A stretch of 64,000 nucleotides of DNA from Trichosphaerium sp. ATCC 40318 (GCA_038496445.1 JALMLS010000086.1:55535-119534), one strand, 5' to 3'. Positions 12,452 to 25,812 are shown, numbered from the stretch's first letter. Notes: generated by a model not told the origin, from the letters alone. Program-made: numbers and translations.

Positions 12452-15400
12452 TCATTCCATAACCTTGAAATATATGATGAGCACAGCCGTAATAAATAAA
12501 GCTAAAAAAGATTTCAATTCCAAGTCACTGGTAGACCCACACTTTGGCTAAAAACTGTTGCAAACGTACTTACGGAAAACAACGTCGTTTACAGAGTAAG
12601 CTGGTATAAGATGTACATATAATCATGTGTTTCACTAAGGGTTGTGTACTTTATTGTAAATAGGATAAGTCACAAAATATCTTGCGAAGTATCTTTTAGT
12701 GCAGCAACCTGCATTCTTTTTAATGATGCCAAAAAATCAGATCCACGTTGTTTCTTTCCATCTATTAATTGAGAAGGTAGCTGACCATTGTAATTCATAG
12801 GATAAGGCTCATGTCCTAACTCAAGAAGTCGTTGAACCAGTTTATGTGCTATTCAACATGTGTTAGTTAAGTCAAAAAGCAATCAACTGATAAAGATAAA
12901 TCACGTGATTTATGAAGTAAAAAGCGTACAATAAAGTGTAGTTGCTAAATGAAGAGGAGAGTTTCCTTCATGATCTCTTTGACTAATAAGATCTTTTATA
13001 ATATCTGATCTTGTATTTGTGTCAGTTGCTGAATCCAGCATCAAATCCATGACTACCTATGTAAAAAAAGTCATAAAATAATAAAACAAATATGTTTGTT
13101 TACCAGTCCAGCAGATTCTGAGTTTCCACACGCAATAAGAAAAGGTGTCATTCCTCTTTTATTCGGTATATTATGGCATGCAGGTAAAGCATCCCAAACA
13201 CAACGAAATCCCTCCTCTGAAACTATCCATCGACGTGCAATTGTATGTAAAAGAGTATCGCCAATATTATTCTTAAGCTAAAAAATATTAGTCCCATGTG
13301 GATGTTACTTCAGTTACTAGAGATATTTCATGATCATAACTGTGAATAATAAGTACCTTTTCCAATTTAAAAGGATAAAAGTTGTTAAGCAGTAGCTTGA
13401 GCAAGTTGAAGTTTCTACAAGCATACACATATGAAAGCTCATCTAATGCTTTCTTTTTATCTCTTGTACGTTCTATAACAACAAACTTTTGTGCAGCTTC
13501 CATACCCTCAACAGTTGTTACTCTATGCGCTAGATGTTCAGGTCTAAAGGTAATCATGTCAGACAATAACACTACAAAAGAAAACAAGCAATGAATGAGT
13601 TTCACGTACGATATTGGCAATTCCTTTGCAGGTTTCAATCCAAATCTATCAAATTCGCATAGTATGTGGTCTAATTTAGTCCAAGGCATTCCTTTATGTA
13701 AGGTTTCTACTGAAGGCTTTCCGAAATGTTGTGTTCTCAAAGCAAGCTACGTAATTATCAGCTTCAAAAGAGTTATTAAGTTAAAATGACATACACCTAG
13801 GTAAGTGACATCTTTCTTTACTCCGAAAGTATCTGTAAGTGTTGCACCAGATTCAAGAAGTACAGTTACAATCTCACCCAACCTAAGAAAAGTATGTTAA
13901 GGGCAACTCAAACCAAAAAATAAAACTAACCCTTCATATGCAGCCACAGCTAAAGGTGTCCTTCCTTCTTTATCTTTATAATTTACTTCTGCTCCATACT
14001 TTATAAGCAATTGACACATGTCCTTACTCTCAATACCCATAAGAAGTGATGTCTTGCCCTATTACTCCGAATAAGCGATATGAATGAGAAGATGATGTAC
14101 ATAAATAACAAAACCAAAAGCGTACTAGGTTTGGATCAGCTCCTGCTTCTAGAAGTACTTTTGTGCTTTTAAGTCCTTCAGATGTCTGTCGATAAACAGA
14201 AAGTTAGAGAATCATGTTTGGTGACATTAGTCATTAGCCGTACTGCGCAAACTAAGGATAAAGCTGTTTCTCCTACAAAGTTTACATGATTAACATCAAT
14301 GCCACTTTTCAGCTGTAAAAATAACAAGTTAGGAGAAGCATAAGACTAATGAGCTTGAGATTATCTCCACAAGACATAAAGAGTACGTACAAGTGCTTCA
14401 AGTTGATGTTCTTGTAGATTTTGTGCTGCTAGATGAAGAACTGTTGATCCAGTATCAAGTGTAGGTTTTGTAATATCCACGTCACACTCTTGAGCTACTT
14501 TTATTATTCTTGGTGTATGGAACCCACCCGAAGCATCATGCTTCAGTGCATCATAAATCTACACGAAAAACAAAACCATCAGCAAAAGAACCTTTTCTTA
14601 AAAGAAGAAAAAAGTAAGAAAATGAACGCACTGCACCAACTTTATATTTACAGTTGTTTAGAAGGAACTTTGCGCACTTAAGCTTATTACGTCTAATAGC
14701 TACACAAAAAGGTGTGGAGCCTTGATATTTTAGGTTACAGTTAACGCCATAGTTTAAAACAAGTAATTTAAGTAAATTTAAATCCAAGTCACTTCCATTA
14801 GTAACACGGCTGGCTGCTACTTCGTTCATAATTTTAGGAGACGTATAAAGAAGTTTATCACGAGCCTATAAATTGCTTGGTGAGTTCAGGTTGGTAAAAA
14901 GAAACATAAGAGAGCGTGAAAAACGAACCCATGTACGTTTGTTATTTTCTTCAGTGCTGAAGAAAAAATGAAGAAAATCAAAAGATGCTTGCTGTTCTGG
15001 TAGGTAGATGGAACATAAATATGCTATAGCTAAACCGTCCAAAATTCCAAGAGCGTTTGGACTGGTTGCGTAATGTAGTAATCCTTTATCAGCACCTAAA
15101 GGCGTCACTACAAAAAACTCAAAGGACATTCAACTTTTTAACACATTTTAGAAGAATTTGTGGTACCACAAAGCCACATAATAATAAGGTTTCATTACAA
15201 CTACTGGTTTTGCTAGAGTATTTACGTACCACTAAGAATCATTCTCTTCAAATACCTAGCATATACTTCAATCTTTCCAACTTCCCATTTACAAATATCA
15301 TAAACAATCACATTCAAATCATCTTTTTTTCCTTTAATTGCTCTAAAAACAAATGATATGTATGTTAACAATACATATGTTTGTGCAAAGAAAAATGAGC

Positions 15401-16404
15401 ATACTCTTCTAGTGTACGTTTATAGAATGCGTTATCAACAAATAAAGTCTTCAAGTTTTTGATGTACTTAATTGCAGGTGGCTTGGACCTATTTGTGTAC
15501 GAGATATCCTTGAAAACAAAACGTCAATACAACCCACCTCCTTTGTTCAAAACTTACCAATAACTCCAACTGTGGTAACTTACCACATAGCTCATTCATT
15601 TCTATAAAAACGCCTGACATACCACCAGCATAAAGTCGTTTTAAGTTAGGTACATGAGAAATCAGTTTAATAAATAGATGGCCAAACTCCTTCCGTTCAT
15701 AGGAAGGTTTACGCCTAGCCCACACTGTGTTTGTAAGGTATAATGTTGTTATATGTTTTCCTTGAGGAAAAAAATACCAAGCACCGCCTGTGTTTGAGCT
15801 GTAAGCAGCTGATGATGCAAATAAAAAAATCTAAATATAATCACGTGCCTAATTTGACTTGTGGTAGTGCAAAGTTGCAGTTGCTCAGGTCTAAAGTATC
15901 CAAGTTTGGAGCGAGTTTCATTAAAGCTATTGGATTTTCCAACTCAACACCAGATAGAATGAGATGCCGTAGAACATGTGCTCTAGAAGCGAAAAGTTAC
16001 TAAAAAAGAAAGCAACTTTTTTTCCTTCTTTTCACTGTACCTGTCATTACACATCGATTCTAGTGCTTTTTGGCTCAATTTCGCTTTAGTAAGATCCATG
16101 CGTGTCCAGTAGTGAGTTGTACACACATTACGCCACTCTCTGAAAAAAAAACGTTGGCTTCACGCCTTTTTGAATAAAAGTCACCTGCAAACAGAGGATA
16201 GGCTTATAACCGAAGCGAGGCGCGATTTGCACGCATTAATAAGTACGCTATTATTATTGTTAACTGTTTTTGTTGTCCATTACTGATAGTACCTATTTAG
16301 CACTTTAAGAAGTATTTCATACGGTAACAATACGATCTAAGCGTATTAGCTTGACATAAACCTAAATGTCAACTTACAGCACAAGATTCTATCGTTTCTG
16401 ACAT
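12452..16404 (-). CDS. F-box + LRR + ankyrin-repeat protein, many exons (3' end approximate)
   Basis: LPYEILLKVL...VCREWRNV F-box; LRRs (LRHLILSG, LDTLDLSNC, LKRLYAG); ankyrin motifs GSTPFCVAI, GSTVLHLAA, GETALSL, GRTPLAVAA, GMTPFLIAC. Confidence 0.8.
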
Positions 16405-17268
16405 GTTTGCGAACTACTTGTACTAAAACAAACTGCTAAATTCAAATAAAATGCGACGTTGTACAGTTTAAGTTGTCACAGTATTAAAACAACTTAACGT
16501 TAAATTTTTGGGCTTGTGCTAGCTCCTCACTTGTATTTTTTGCGCTGCGATCATGCTAACAGTAATTCATAACGGTTTGCTCTGTAGAAAACCAAACTCA
16601 TCACGTGATCTAGACAATAATAATCAAAAAACACCAAGTCAATCTCAGTTAACATTTACAGTGAACGTGAGCTCACACAGGTTATACAAGTGGTATGCAA
16701 ACGCTACCAAAATCTTGTCTCAGAGTAAATCTTTGAGATTCATGTAAAGTAGGCCAAGATAATAAACTCGAAGATATGGACACCGGTAGGTAACCTTAAG
16801 ACGCACATTGTGAAGGTGCTCACGCTGTTGTGCTAGTAACTCAGTAAAACGACGTAAAACACCATATCTGGCTTGTGCATTTAGAGGGAAGGGAAGTACT
16901 ACTCATCGAATCACGTGACATAGCCTCGTACTATGATTGGAACTTTTTCTCCAATTTTGGCTGAATCCAAGCGATGTCACATAATACACGTGTGATATAT
17001 TGTAGTTCCTGGTAGGAATATATGTTATCACTAACAACATAGCATTGAAGAACTCAAGGAGAACGCTAGTATAGTTCACATTAAAGCTGTGTTGTTTTTT
17101 TTTTGTTCTACGATAATTAATAAGACGTTTATCTAACACCAGGGCTGCATAAGACCTATATTAGCCCTCGGTAGCTATAAATATAATACGGATGATAGAA
17201 GGCGGCCAAGGGGTTTTATTAAAGCGAATCTATTCAAGCTTGTCATCCTTCTTTGGAGGGTTTTTTTT

Positions 17269-18045
17269 TCAATATTCAAAGTGGAATTTCCGTATGTCAA
17301 CAGCACCAGTGAGTGCCTCAACGTCTTTAGAATGTAGTGATTTAGATGTAAAACTGATGGTGTGCACTCCAGTCAACGCCTTGTAGCCCTCATCAGTTAT
17401 TGATAAACAACAACTCACGTCGATTTCGTGTACACCAGCAAGTGCCTTCAAGCCTTCATCTGTTACACTGGTGGCAACTAAACGGATGGTGTGTACACCA
17501 GACAATGCCTTCACACCTTCGTCTGTCACAGAAGTATAGGATAGATCTATCTCATGTACACCTTTCAACGCCTTTATGCCCTCATCAGTTATTGATTCAC
17601 AGTCACCCAAGTCGATCTTGTGTACACCAGCAAGTGCCTTCAAACCTTCATCTGTTACATTTGTTTTGTTCAACCGAATCTCGTGCACACCTGCCAATGC
17701 CTTAATACCCTCATCTGTTATTACTTTGCAAGCTCGAACGCTGATCTTATGTACACCTGCCAGCGCTTTAATACCCTCATCTGATATTTCGGGAAAATTC
17801 CTGAAGTCGATGACTGTATTCGCTAGTAATGGACTACAACACAGATTCTTCGCCTCGCTTTCACTTTCTATAAAGATACGAATAACACCAATGTGTTTGT
17901 TAACAATTTCTCGGAACCAACGGCATGTTCGGGCGGGACGGAGCGTATACGTCCTCTGTTTGAGAATCTGCACTATTACTTCAACTGGCAGTTCAGTAAT
18001 GTTGCCTATGCCCTCATTCGCGTATATTGTGTCTTTTTCTTCCAT
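17269..18045 (-). CDS. Intronless F-box + short leucine-rich-repeat protein (258 aa)
   Basis: ITELPVEVIVQIL...RTCRWFREIV F-box, then seven 21-22 aa repeats GVHxIxLxxxx(I/V)TDEGxKALx. Confidence 0.9.
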   Translation of the reverse strand: MEEKDTIYANEGIGNITELPVEVIVQILKQRTYTLRPARTCRWFREIVNKHIGVIRIFIESESEAKNLCCSPLLANTVIDFRNFPEISDEGIKALAGVHKISVRACKVITDEGIKALAGVHEIRLNKTNVTDEGLKALAGVHKIDLGDCESITDEGIKALKGVHEIDLSYTSVTDEGVKALSGVHTIRLVATSVTDEGLKALAGVHEIDVSCCLSITDEGYKALTGVHTISFTSKSLHSKDVEALTGAVDIRKFHFEY

Positions 18046-18807
18046 TTTGTTTCAATAATTACTCTAAACGCTTCGCACGTTAGTTTTCTTAGGAATGAAC
18101 GTAAAGTACTTAACCCGAACACTTACAATAGAGTACGGCCTATTTTAATAGACGTTTTGCAAAGTCAAGGTAATTAAACAATCACAAAATGTGCACAACA
18201 TTCATGCCGTGCCAAAAATCTTTATATGTCCAACCCAATACAACAAGAACAATCTGGTTAAACTAAAGTAAACCAACGCATTGGATGAAGAGAAGCAAGA
18301 GAAACAACAGTTCACCCACGTACATCAAGACAACTGAAGATGCATTACATGTTACCAATCTGAATTCGTTTTTATACTCGTAACCGATGAAGCTTTGTTC
18401 TCACTTCTAAGCTTGGGCGAACCGCTACAAATTAGAACAAACATGTGCCTGCCCTTGTTATTTTCCTGTGTTGTGCAATCATCTGTGGTAAACAAAAGTT
18501 GCTTTCTTTGGTTTTTTTGCAATACACTACAATCACCTTCATGAAACGCTATTTCACCTTTAACTTTATATGGTACAAGGTTTATTCCAGTACGTTTCAA
18601 GCCCTAGTACTGCCCTAAGGTTCTTCAATCAACTCAGGTTATACGAAGTGTTGTGATAATAAGCAGTTGGTGCAACACAAGTAGAATATAGACACAAAGG
18701 ATACTACGATCTAACACAGGGAACCGCTTGATCGAGAGATACTTTATAGGAATAGTACATACTTTATTTACTCAAATATTTACAAGCCTTCCGATGGCGG
18801 GGTAGTA

Positions 18808-21559
18808 TTAGAAATTCAATTCTGTGGCAGCATAGATATGTCCCACGTTTATACCCGAGTTGAAGGAAGTATCAACACAAGATCCAGAACCAGTTTCTAT
18901 ACGAGTATAAAGAGGTGCGTGAATAGGTACCGATGGGATGTCATATGGCGGTTTCAAACTAAACTTAATGATAGACTTATGGCTGTGGACAATGATGTCT
19001 ACTCTACTTAATCCATCAACAAAGCTCCAAATCTATGGCAATATTAGAAGATGAAACTTCAACTCAGGTAGAAAGAAAAAAATCACGTGCCTGAGTAGTG
19101 CCGATAGTGAATGGTCCTTGCCATCCGCTTTGCCAAGCTTCAAAGTTGTACAAACCAATGTTCTTCAAGTCAGGGTCGTATAGTCCAAGAGATATGAATC
19201 CTGTCGTAGTCAAGTCGCCAAGGTCTATTGGTGTATCCACAATTAAAGATAATCGTAGGAATGATTCATGGATGATAACTATCGAACTATGGGTCGCATG
19301 ATCGCAAAATCCTTTAGGTAAAAAAGTTAGCTTCAGAATAACAAGCAATGAGAAAAAGTTTCTTGCTTACCTCCTACGCTTGTGCTTATGCTCCATGATC
19401 TCTGGAATTGATTTTCTGGATCCCAAATGCCCTTTAATTTCTCTAGTCTTGGAAGATTTGATCCTATAACGAGTGTCAGGCGAGGACAATAAAAGTTTCA
19501 AAAAAACAAAAGAAAAAGAGTGAGACTTACCAAGTCCATCAAAAGCTCTTGAAAACTTAAGAGTATTTAGGTTACCATAAATACCACGATCTTGTGATAA
19601 ATTTACGAGGTTATCAGCAAGAGAATCATAGAAAGAACGACCAAAATCAAAGAACTGAGAATTTGGGTACGCTGTCCAATATCCCCACAAGAACTCGAAA
19701 TTCTCACGTGGGAAAAAAGCAGTTTCGTCACTTGGGACGTTAGTAACCTGACCACCTGCAAGAGACATCTCACCGAGCTGGAATAGTGTTATAGGATTTG
19801 TAGGGTCGAATCCAGGTATGTATCCATCGACGATTGAATCGAGAATATTAGGTTGGGAGATACGAGAAATCGAACTCATGCCGTGTCTGAAATATCCTTG
19901 GAAACCACTTATATCAGCCATTAAGGTGGCTTCAAAGTTGTAGGTATGATACTCCGTAAAATCTTGTGGGAATAGAGGTGGTTCATCATCAGCAATAAAG
20001 TCAGGGAAGAAGTCAATATCATCGACATCTATGAGAGGAAGGAGGCGTGATTTCTTTGTTGCAACAGATTCTGGACCTTGAAAGAATAGTTCGACGTTGA
20101 ATCTTACTGTTGTGAAATCGTTTCTATCACGTTGTAGATTAACACGTGTTCCAAAGTTCGGATCGTTTAAGAGGTCAGGTGTATTTAGAATAGTGCCGAA
20201 CCACTGCTTGAGGAATTCAGTTGCATTTGCTATAGGTAGTCTGTAGAAGATATGACCTCCGTAAAAGTTTGTTGTGTCGAACACTCTTGTCTTGAATCGT
20301 GTTACTATACCATAAGCTGGTAGAGCTCCACGAAGTGCGAAGAACAATTCTGAGTTTGTGTTTTGGTTCACGGTGACAATGTCTCCGTTTGCTACTACCA
20401 CTTCATACTCGATAATAGCATCGATTCCGAGACCTTCAGTACGTAGAAACTCGCCGTAGCCTCCATACGAAAGAAAGCCAGCTGCGAGAAAAGTAAGTAA
20501 GCGGCAAATTATTACTCCGAAAAAAAAGTCTAAAAAGACCCAAAAAGCGTTTTTAGGCTAATGTACTTACAGTATCCAATACCAGGACAATTTCCTTGTA
20601 TTTGACCCAAGTTAAATGGTCCAAGTGCTAGACTGATATTACCAACCAACGAACCTAGAGGGAGAAGGTCAATACACAAAATTTATTTTCGATTTGTCTG
20701 AAAAAAAAGAGAAAAAAAAACCACAAAGCGTGCCTGGTTCAAATTCAACGTGCTTATTGACGGGATCAACAATAATTGTTTTCATGAGAGAAAAATCAAT
20801 CTGTACGCCATCAACAGGGAACGAGAAACCATCACTTCCATGTCCACCTTGAAAAACAATAAGCTAACGTCGGAATAAAGCCTTTTCTGTTTTCTAAAAA
20901 TAGACAAAAAAGACATGTGAAGTGTTTTTGTATGAAGTAATAGTTTTTTTGGGTTTGGGGTTGGAAAACTCCGAGCCCAATTACGAAAAGGGTATTCTTA
21001 TAATGTTGTATTACGCGAAAATAAGGATATGATTAGGTTGTAAAACACGTGAGGGCGTTTCAAGTAAAATTAACATTCTTTTTCTACAACATCAAAATTT
21101 CAAACAAAAAATAAGTTGATTAAATGTACCTGCTAGAGCTGTAACTTGTGGGATGTCGTGGAGGTTAGCAAATTTAATTACTTCGCTGACATCCTGGGAA
21201 GATACGGGCTGTATTATTGCGCGCGGTTGATCAGCAGGAACGTCTCCTGGTAGTATGAGGACGTCGTTCCTAAAACAACGTTAGTTCATCGAAAAAAAAC
21301 CACAAAAGCTTGTTCTAGTTTGAAGTCTAGCCAGGTTTTTGCCTTTAAAAAGAAGTATGGTTCGTACTTGATGGTGTCGTAGCGAATATCTCCAGGAAGG
21401 AGCACGTTGCCTCCAATAACATCCCGCAGGTCCTGCCAAGGTTGTGCTGATGCCAAAAGAGCAACAGATACGAGAAATAGGGCAACCTAAAACAACAATG
21501 TTAGTTACTTCTAAACCATGTCAAATAGGGTCACGTGCTTGAAGAGTTGTTGTAGCCAT
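18808..21559 (-). CDS. Secreted FAD-linked oxidoreductase, berberine-bridge-enzyme-like (VAO/PCMH family), multi-exon
   Basis: Signal peptide; PRAIIQPVSSQDVSEVIKFA, AGGHGSDG (flavinylation His), GNCPGIG (second FAD-linking Cys), ELFFALRG...YGIVT, BBE-type KLKGIWDPENQF; C-terminal extension. Confidence 0.85.
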
Positions 21560-21856
21560 GAAGTTTGTAAGGTGTTTTTAAACGACACGCTCTAATTTTA
21601 GGATTCACACGTAGAACCGGTTCACATGCTCTTAGTTAAAATATATAAAGCGCGTACATTATGGTCCTACACATCATATGGAAGCCAAAACGTCCAAACT
21701 TGAACAAGGTTTTTTGGAATTTCTCGCTGTGTTCGTTGTAACTATGGCGTTTCCTGTCGTCTTAAAACCGAAATTTCTTTGTTGAGATACTGAATCGCCT
21801 GGATACATTGTATGTGAGGTGTTTATGATAGTACGGAGAAATCTATGAAGTGGGTA

Positions 21857-22980
21857 TTATCTGTCTTTACGAAAATAAAAGAAACGTTCGACTTTAAAGC
21901 AATCTTGTCTCGTCTTCTCTTCGAGGATAAGGACCAGTTTAGAGCCATTGTTCAAGTTGGTTCGTTCATTTAATCTTACAAGAAGCCACTCCCATCCGAA
22001 AATCTCCCAAGCAGCATCCATAAATCCTGTTAAGACCATACCATTTCCATAAAATATCGGACTTGTTTTTACATCACATTCATAAATTAAACCGTCATAG
22101 TCTTTTTGTAAAAAAACATCGAATAACCTGCTGTAGTAGTGTGATAATTAACTCACCCAAACATACCTTTATTAATTTTTTATGACCTAAATGGCGCGAA
22201 TGAGCGATATCACGTGCAGTTTGCTGGCAGTTTTCATTAACAAAATTTTTTCAGAAGGGCACAATCTGTGTAGTTTTGTCGATATGTTGATGTAGAACGC
22301 GTCAGGGTTATTGACAACACAACCTGTTAATTAACAAACCAAAACAATAGTTTACCTGAATGTAATACCTCCAAGGGTTGGATAGACGCTGGTCATCTCA
22401 CTAAAAGAGCAGTAGTGAAATAAAAACAAAAGATGACAAGACAATATGACACCATCACTGCAAAATTGCTTCGCAATTGACCATCCACTGTAGTACTTCC
22501 TTGATTAACTTATCTTCGCTCTAGGGACCCATATAAGAATCTTGGGATTTCCATCATAGCTTCATGTGTTGTAACGCGGGAGCAGTTGATACACAGCTTT
22601 CTAACTAATATCCATCATCTCACTAAAGAAACTTGTAAGGCGATACTATGGAACTCTTGACCAGAGTTAAGCTACTCCTGGCTAGCTGGTCCAGTATAGA
22701 AGGCTTCAATAGCATCGGTTCGTTTTGAATACTCCATTGGAGGTCTACCGCGCGATGGTACTTAGAAGGAACCATTTGAATTATAAGGCGGGACCTAATT
22801 ACATAGAAAAGGTCTACGTATACACTCGCACTAAACGGGAGTGCATTGGCACGTAAGCGGAAATCTTAAAGAAGGCTTGAGCTTCGTATCGGTAAGAAGT
22901 TTCTGGCTTTCTATGGATTGAAGATCAATACACTGTAAACGTAGACCATTGCCATGTATGCTCTGGGTTTCAGGGCGCGT
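21857..22980 (-). CDS. Hypothetical multi-exon protein (boundaries uncertain)
   Basis: Several open exon-like segments flanked by GT/AG (e.g. RLFDVFLQKDYDGLIYECDVKTSPIFYGNGMVLTGFMDAAWEIFGWEWLL); no recognisable domain. Confidence 0.35.
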
Positions 22981-23380
22981 AGTGTAATTATGTTTTATCT
23001 GTGTAGTTTCGCACAATAGAAAAACGCCGTTTAAAACGTATACCTCACTTATATCAACTTGTACACAACGTATCTTTTTTCGATGGGAGATTCAATAAAA
23101 AAAAGTCGGCTTAACCAGACCATTACAAGCACACTCTTTGCTCTAGATATTTAGCCCCCCGTACTCAGAATACTAATAAGAAAAGCTGTAGTAAACAGGT
23201 TACCGAATTTTATTACATGTGGATCATGATAATGGCTTCGGAAAACATGATTTATTTTTTTTGAGTTTTGGGAGTTTTTTAGCGAATGTAAAAATCAAAA
23301 AAAAGAAAACGTATTAAAATACAGAGCTCTTATTTTGATTTCCATCTTTCTAGTGTTTGTGAAATTATGAACTGATCAAT

Positions 23381-24367
23381 CTATGCGAGGAAGATCATAG
23401 TAGCGTCATGTTCGAAACAGTGAGAGCTACACCATGAAGTGCATTGGTAAGCGCGCATATCAGTACAATAGTATACATCTAAGATAAGGCACGTGAGTAT
23501 AAGTATAAAAACACGTGTATAAATTAAAAAAAAATCTTTTTTTTTCAAAAACACAAGTTTTGAAAATATCTTGCTCCTAAAGTCGCCAATTTTAATAAAA
23601 GTTTACAACCGGAACAAGAGCGTGTTGTGCGCGTTGTGTAGTTGTTAAGGAAGATTTTTTTAGATTGTCGTGTGAACATCCGAGGTCCAATAAGATTTTT
23701 TTCATTACTGGTTTCCTTCACCACAAAAAAAAATAAAACATTCAAATAAACTACACGTACGGTCTTTGTATTGTCTGATTTTGTTACATAGTGGTGGAAG
23801 AACGTTTCTGCTAAAGTCAAAACCTGGATCTGGTACGCAAAGTTTGCCACCGCCTGTCTTAAGTTGAGCGCATTGCCTAATCGCGAAAAACAAAATTAGA
23901 ACGAAGATTTATAAAGTCTAAAGATTTCAGAACGCTTCAAGCGCTCTACAGCACAAAAAACAAAATAAAAAAGCTCCAACTTCGAGTCACGTTTCAAGTC
24001 ACGTGACTGAATAGTGAAAGGACTTGGTGTTTTTTTAAATGGGGGATAGGGTAGTTTGGAAATAAAAAGATTACTTAAAATCATCCAATTACTACCCCCA
24101 CGTGAGGTATAGCGCCACGTACTTTACAACGCCAACCAAAGCTGATTTTTGAGCGCGATTACAAGCGTCGTCCATTGATTCGCAGCTGGTGGCAATACCA
24201 CAACCCGCAGTGATGGTGTCGTTACATGCGAACAAGGCGAGTGGAGGAGGTTGAGGTGGGAAGGTAATTTCGACTGGTTTCTGAGTGAAATAGTTATCAC
24301 CTTGAGAACCTTCTGTTGAACAGTATGCAAGGGCCAGAACACCGAGGAGTATTGCGAAGAGCTTCAT
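23381..24367 (-). CDS. Small secreted cysteine-rich protein, three exons
   Basis: Signal peptide MKLFAILLGVLALAYC; spliced frame continues RQCAQLKTGGGKLC...PLCNK and HVYYCTDMRAYQCTSWCSSHCFEH...*; about 11 Cys in the mature part. Confidence 0.7.
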
Positions 24368-24679
24368 AATGTGTTGCGGTCAAGAGGAAAGTCGCAAATA
24401 TCTAAACGAGCTTGAAAACTGGCTTTATTTTTCACATTCTTTGTGTGCCTTTATTTGTCTACCGGAGGCAGATCTTTTGCTTTACTTTACATTAATTCGA
24501 TCTCATAGAACGCTGTAATTTACACTCGGAGAAAGTTAAATCTCTGGGCAAGATATGGAGTTCTTTTTTATGCTCACGTTTTTTTTTTCATGTCTTCTTG
24601 TGTAGTCTATATGTTTGTGACGCTTGAGGGTCGACTACAGTGTCCAGCGTTTACTCCAAAAACAATCACGTTGTAGATT

Positions 24680-25576
24680 TACCAAACGTGAAAATACACG
24701 TGGTATTGGTAGGTACGTTGAAGTGTGACACGTATTACATAAACCAGGAACAATTCAAAAGAAAAAAAGAAACACAAAGATTGTACACGCCTATATCTTC
24801 GCCATAAGTACTCCGACTCAGAATTGCACGTAATGAGAAGCCAATGAGCAAAGCTAAGAGAACGATAAACCCACATAAGCAATTCACCTAACCAATGGCT
24901 GTCAATAAGCTATGTTAACGTGGGTTGCGATTTTTGACTTTTACAAACACTAAACTCGCCCTTCCTGATTTTTTCAGGGTAGAGTTTGTTGTACTTGTCC
25001 ATTTGCTCTTGAGTATTAATGTCGTGGAGTTTACATAGGTGTCAAACTCACTATGGTTGCTGCCTGAGAAAGTAAGTTGCTGACAAGTATTTGACACCTT
25101 CGTATTTCGAATGATTATCTATTTCTAAGCAACTTTTATTGACTTGCGACAACACGTGGTATTGGTTCTACAAGTACAACTTCTGGCTCATCAGCTTTTA
25201 CTTCCCTGGCTTTAATCAACTAAAGCATTATGTCCTTTTTAAACCTTTTGCAGTGTTGCAATTCGCGAGTAAGTGCACCCTGCACTACATAGTTGAGGAA
25301 GGTTGAAAAGTAAATAGGACGATCTAGTGCTTGAAAGAGATGCGAGCAATCAAGCCAAATCAGTTATTATCCCTTCTGTCGTCACCTGCAACACAATTAT
25401 TACTCAACCAAAACGCAAGAGCAGAAAGATAGCCGACCATGCGGCATACACAAGCTTTCGCCTTCCACTCGCTCTTGAACTCAGGCGTGTTCCCCCGCAA
25501 GCAGTAAAAAAGGTTTCCGCCTTACAACTCGCTCAATTTTACGTGCCTTGCATATGAGTTTATCTTGGTCGGACAT
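24680..25576 (-). CDS. Hypothetical multi-exon protein with a C-terminal hydrophobic segment (boundaries uncertain)
   Basis: Exon-like segments DRPIYFSTFLNYVVQG, GSNHSEFDTYVNSTT and VNCLCGFIVLLALLIGFSLR bounded by splice signals. Confidence 0.3.
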
Positions 25577-25812
25577 GGAAAGCGGTTTATCGTTTTTCTA
25601 TCAAAAGCAAGATTTTACACGATGGTGACTTACCAACACTTTATCTGTCCGTATATCGCTTTTTCGCATCTAAGCATGTATATGATGCAACAGAGAACGC
25701 TTTGACGAGTTTTATTACTATTTCACTTGTTTTAACTTAGCACAAAAATTTACTCAATGATAGCACGAGATTTTACATTAAGCAAGCTGGTTGTTAACGC
25801 TTGGTACAGTGT

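Noticed and set aside
16770-16890. Fragments resembling a C2H2 zinc finger (GNLKTHIVKV, TPYLACAF)
   Set aside because: No complete Cys/His spacing and no continuous frame; too weak to call.
637-18045. Endogenous giant-virus insertion
   Set aside because: No viral hallmark genes (major capsid protein, PolB, A32 ATPase, primase). The virus-like intronless genes are interspersed with intron-rich host genes.
17400-18177. Plus-strand ORFs overlapping the LRR gene (and minus-strand ORFs at 9738-10147 over the MORN gene)
   Set aside because: Antisense shadows of repetitive coding sequence.
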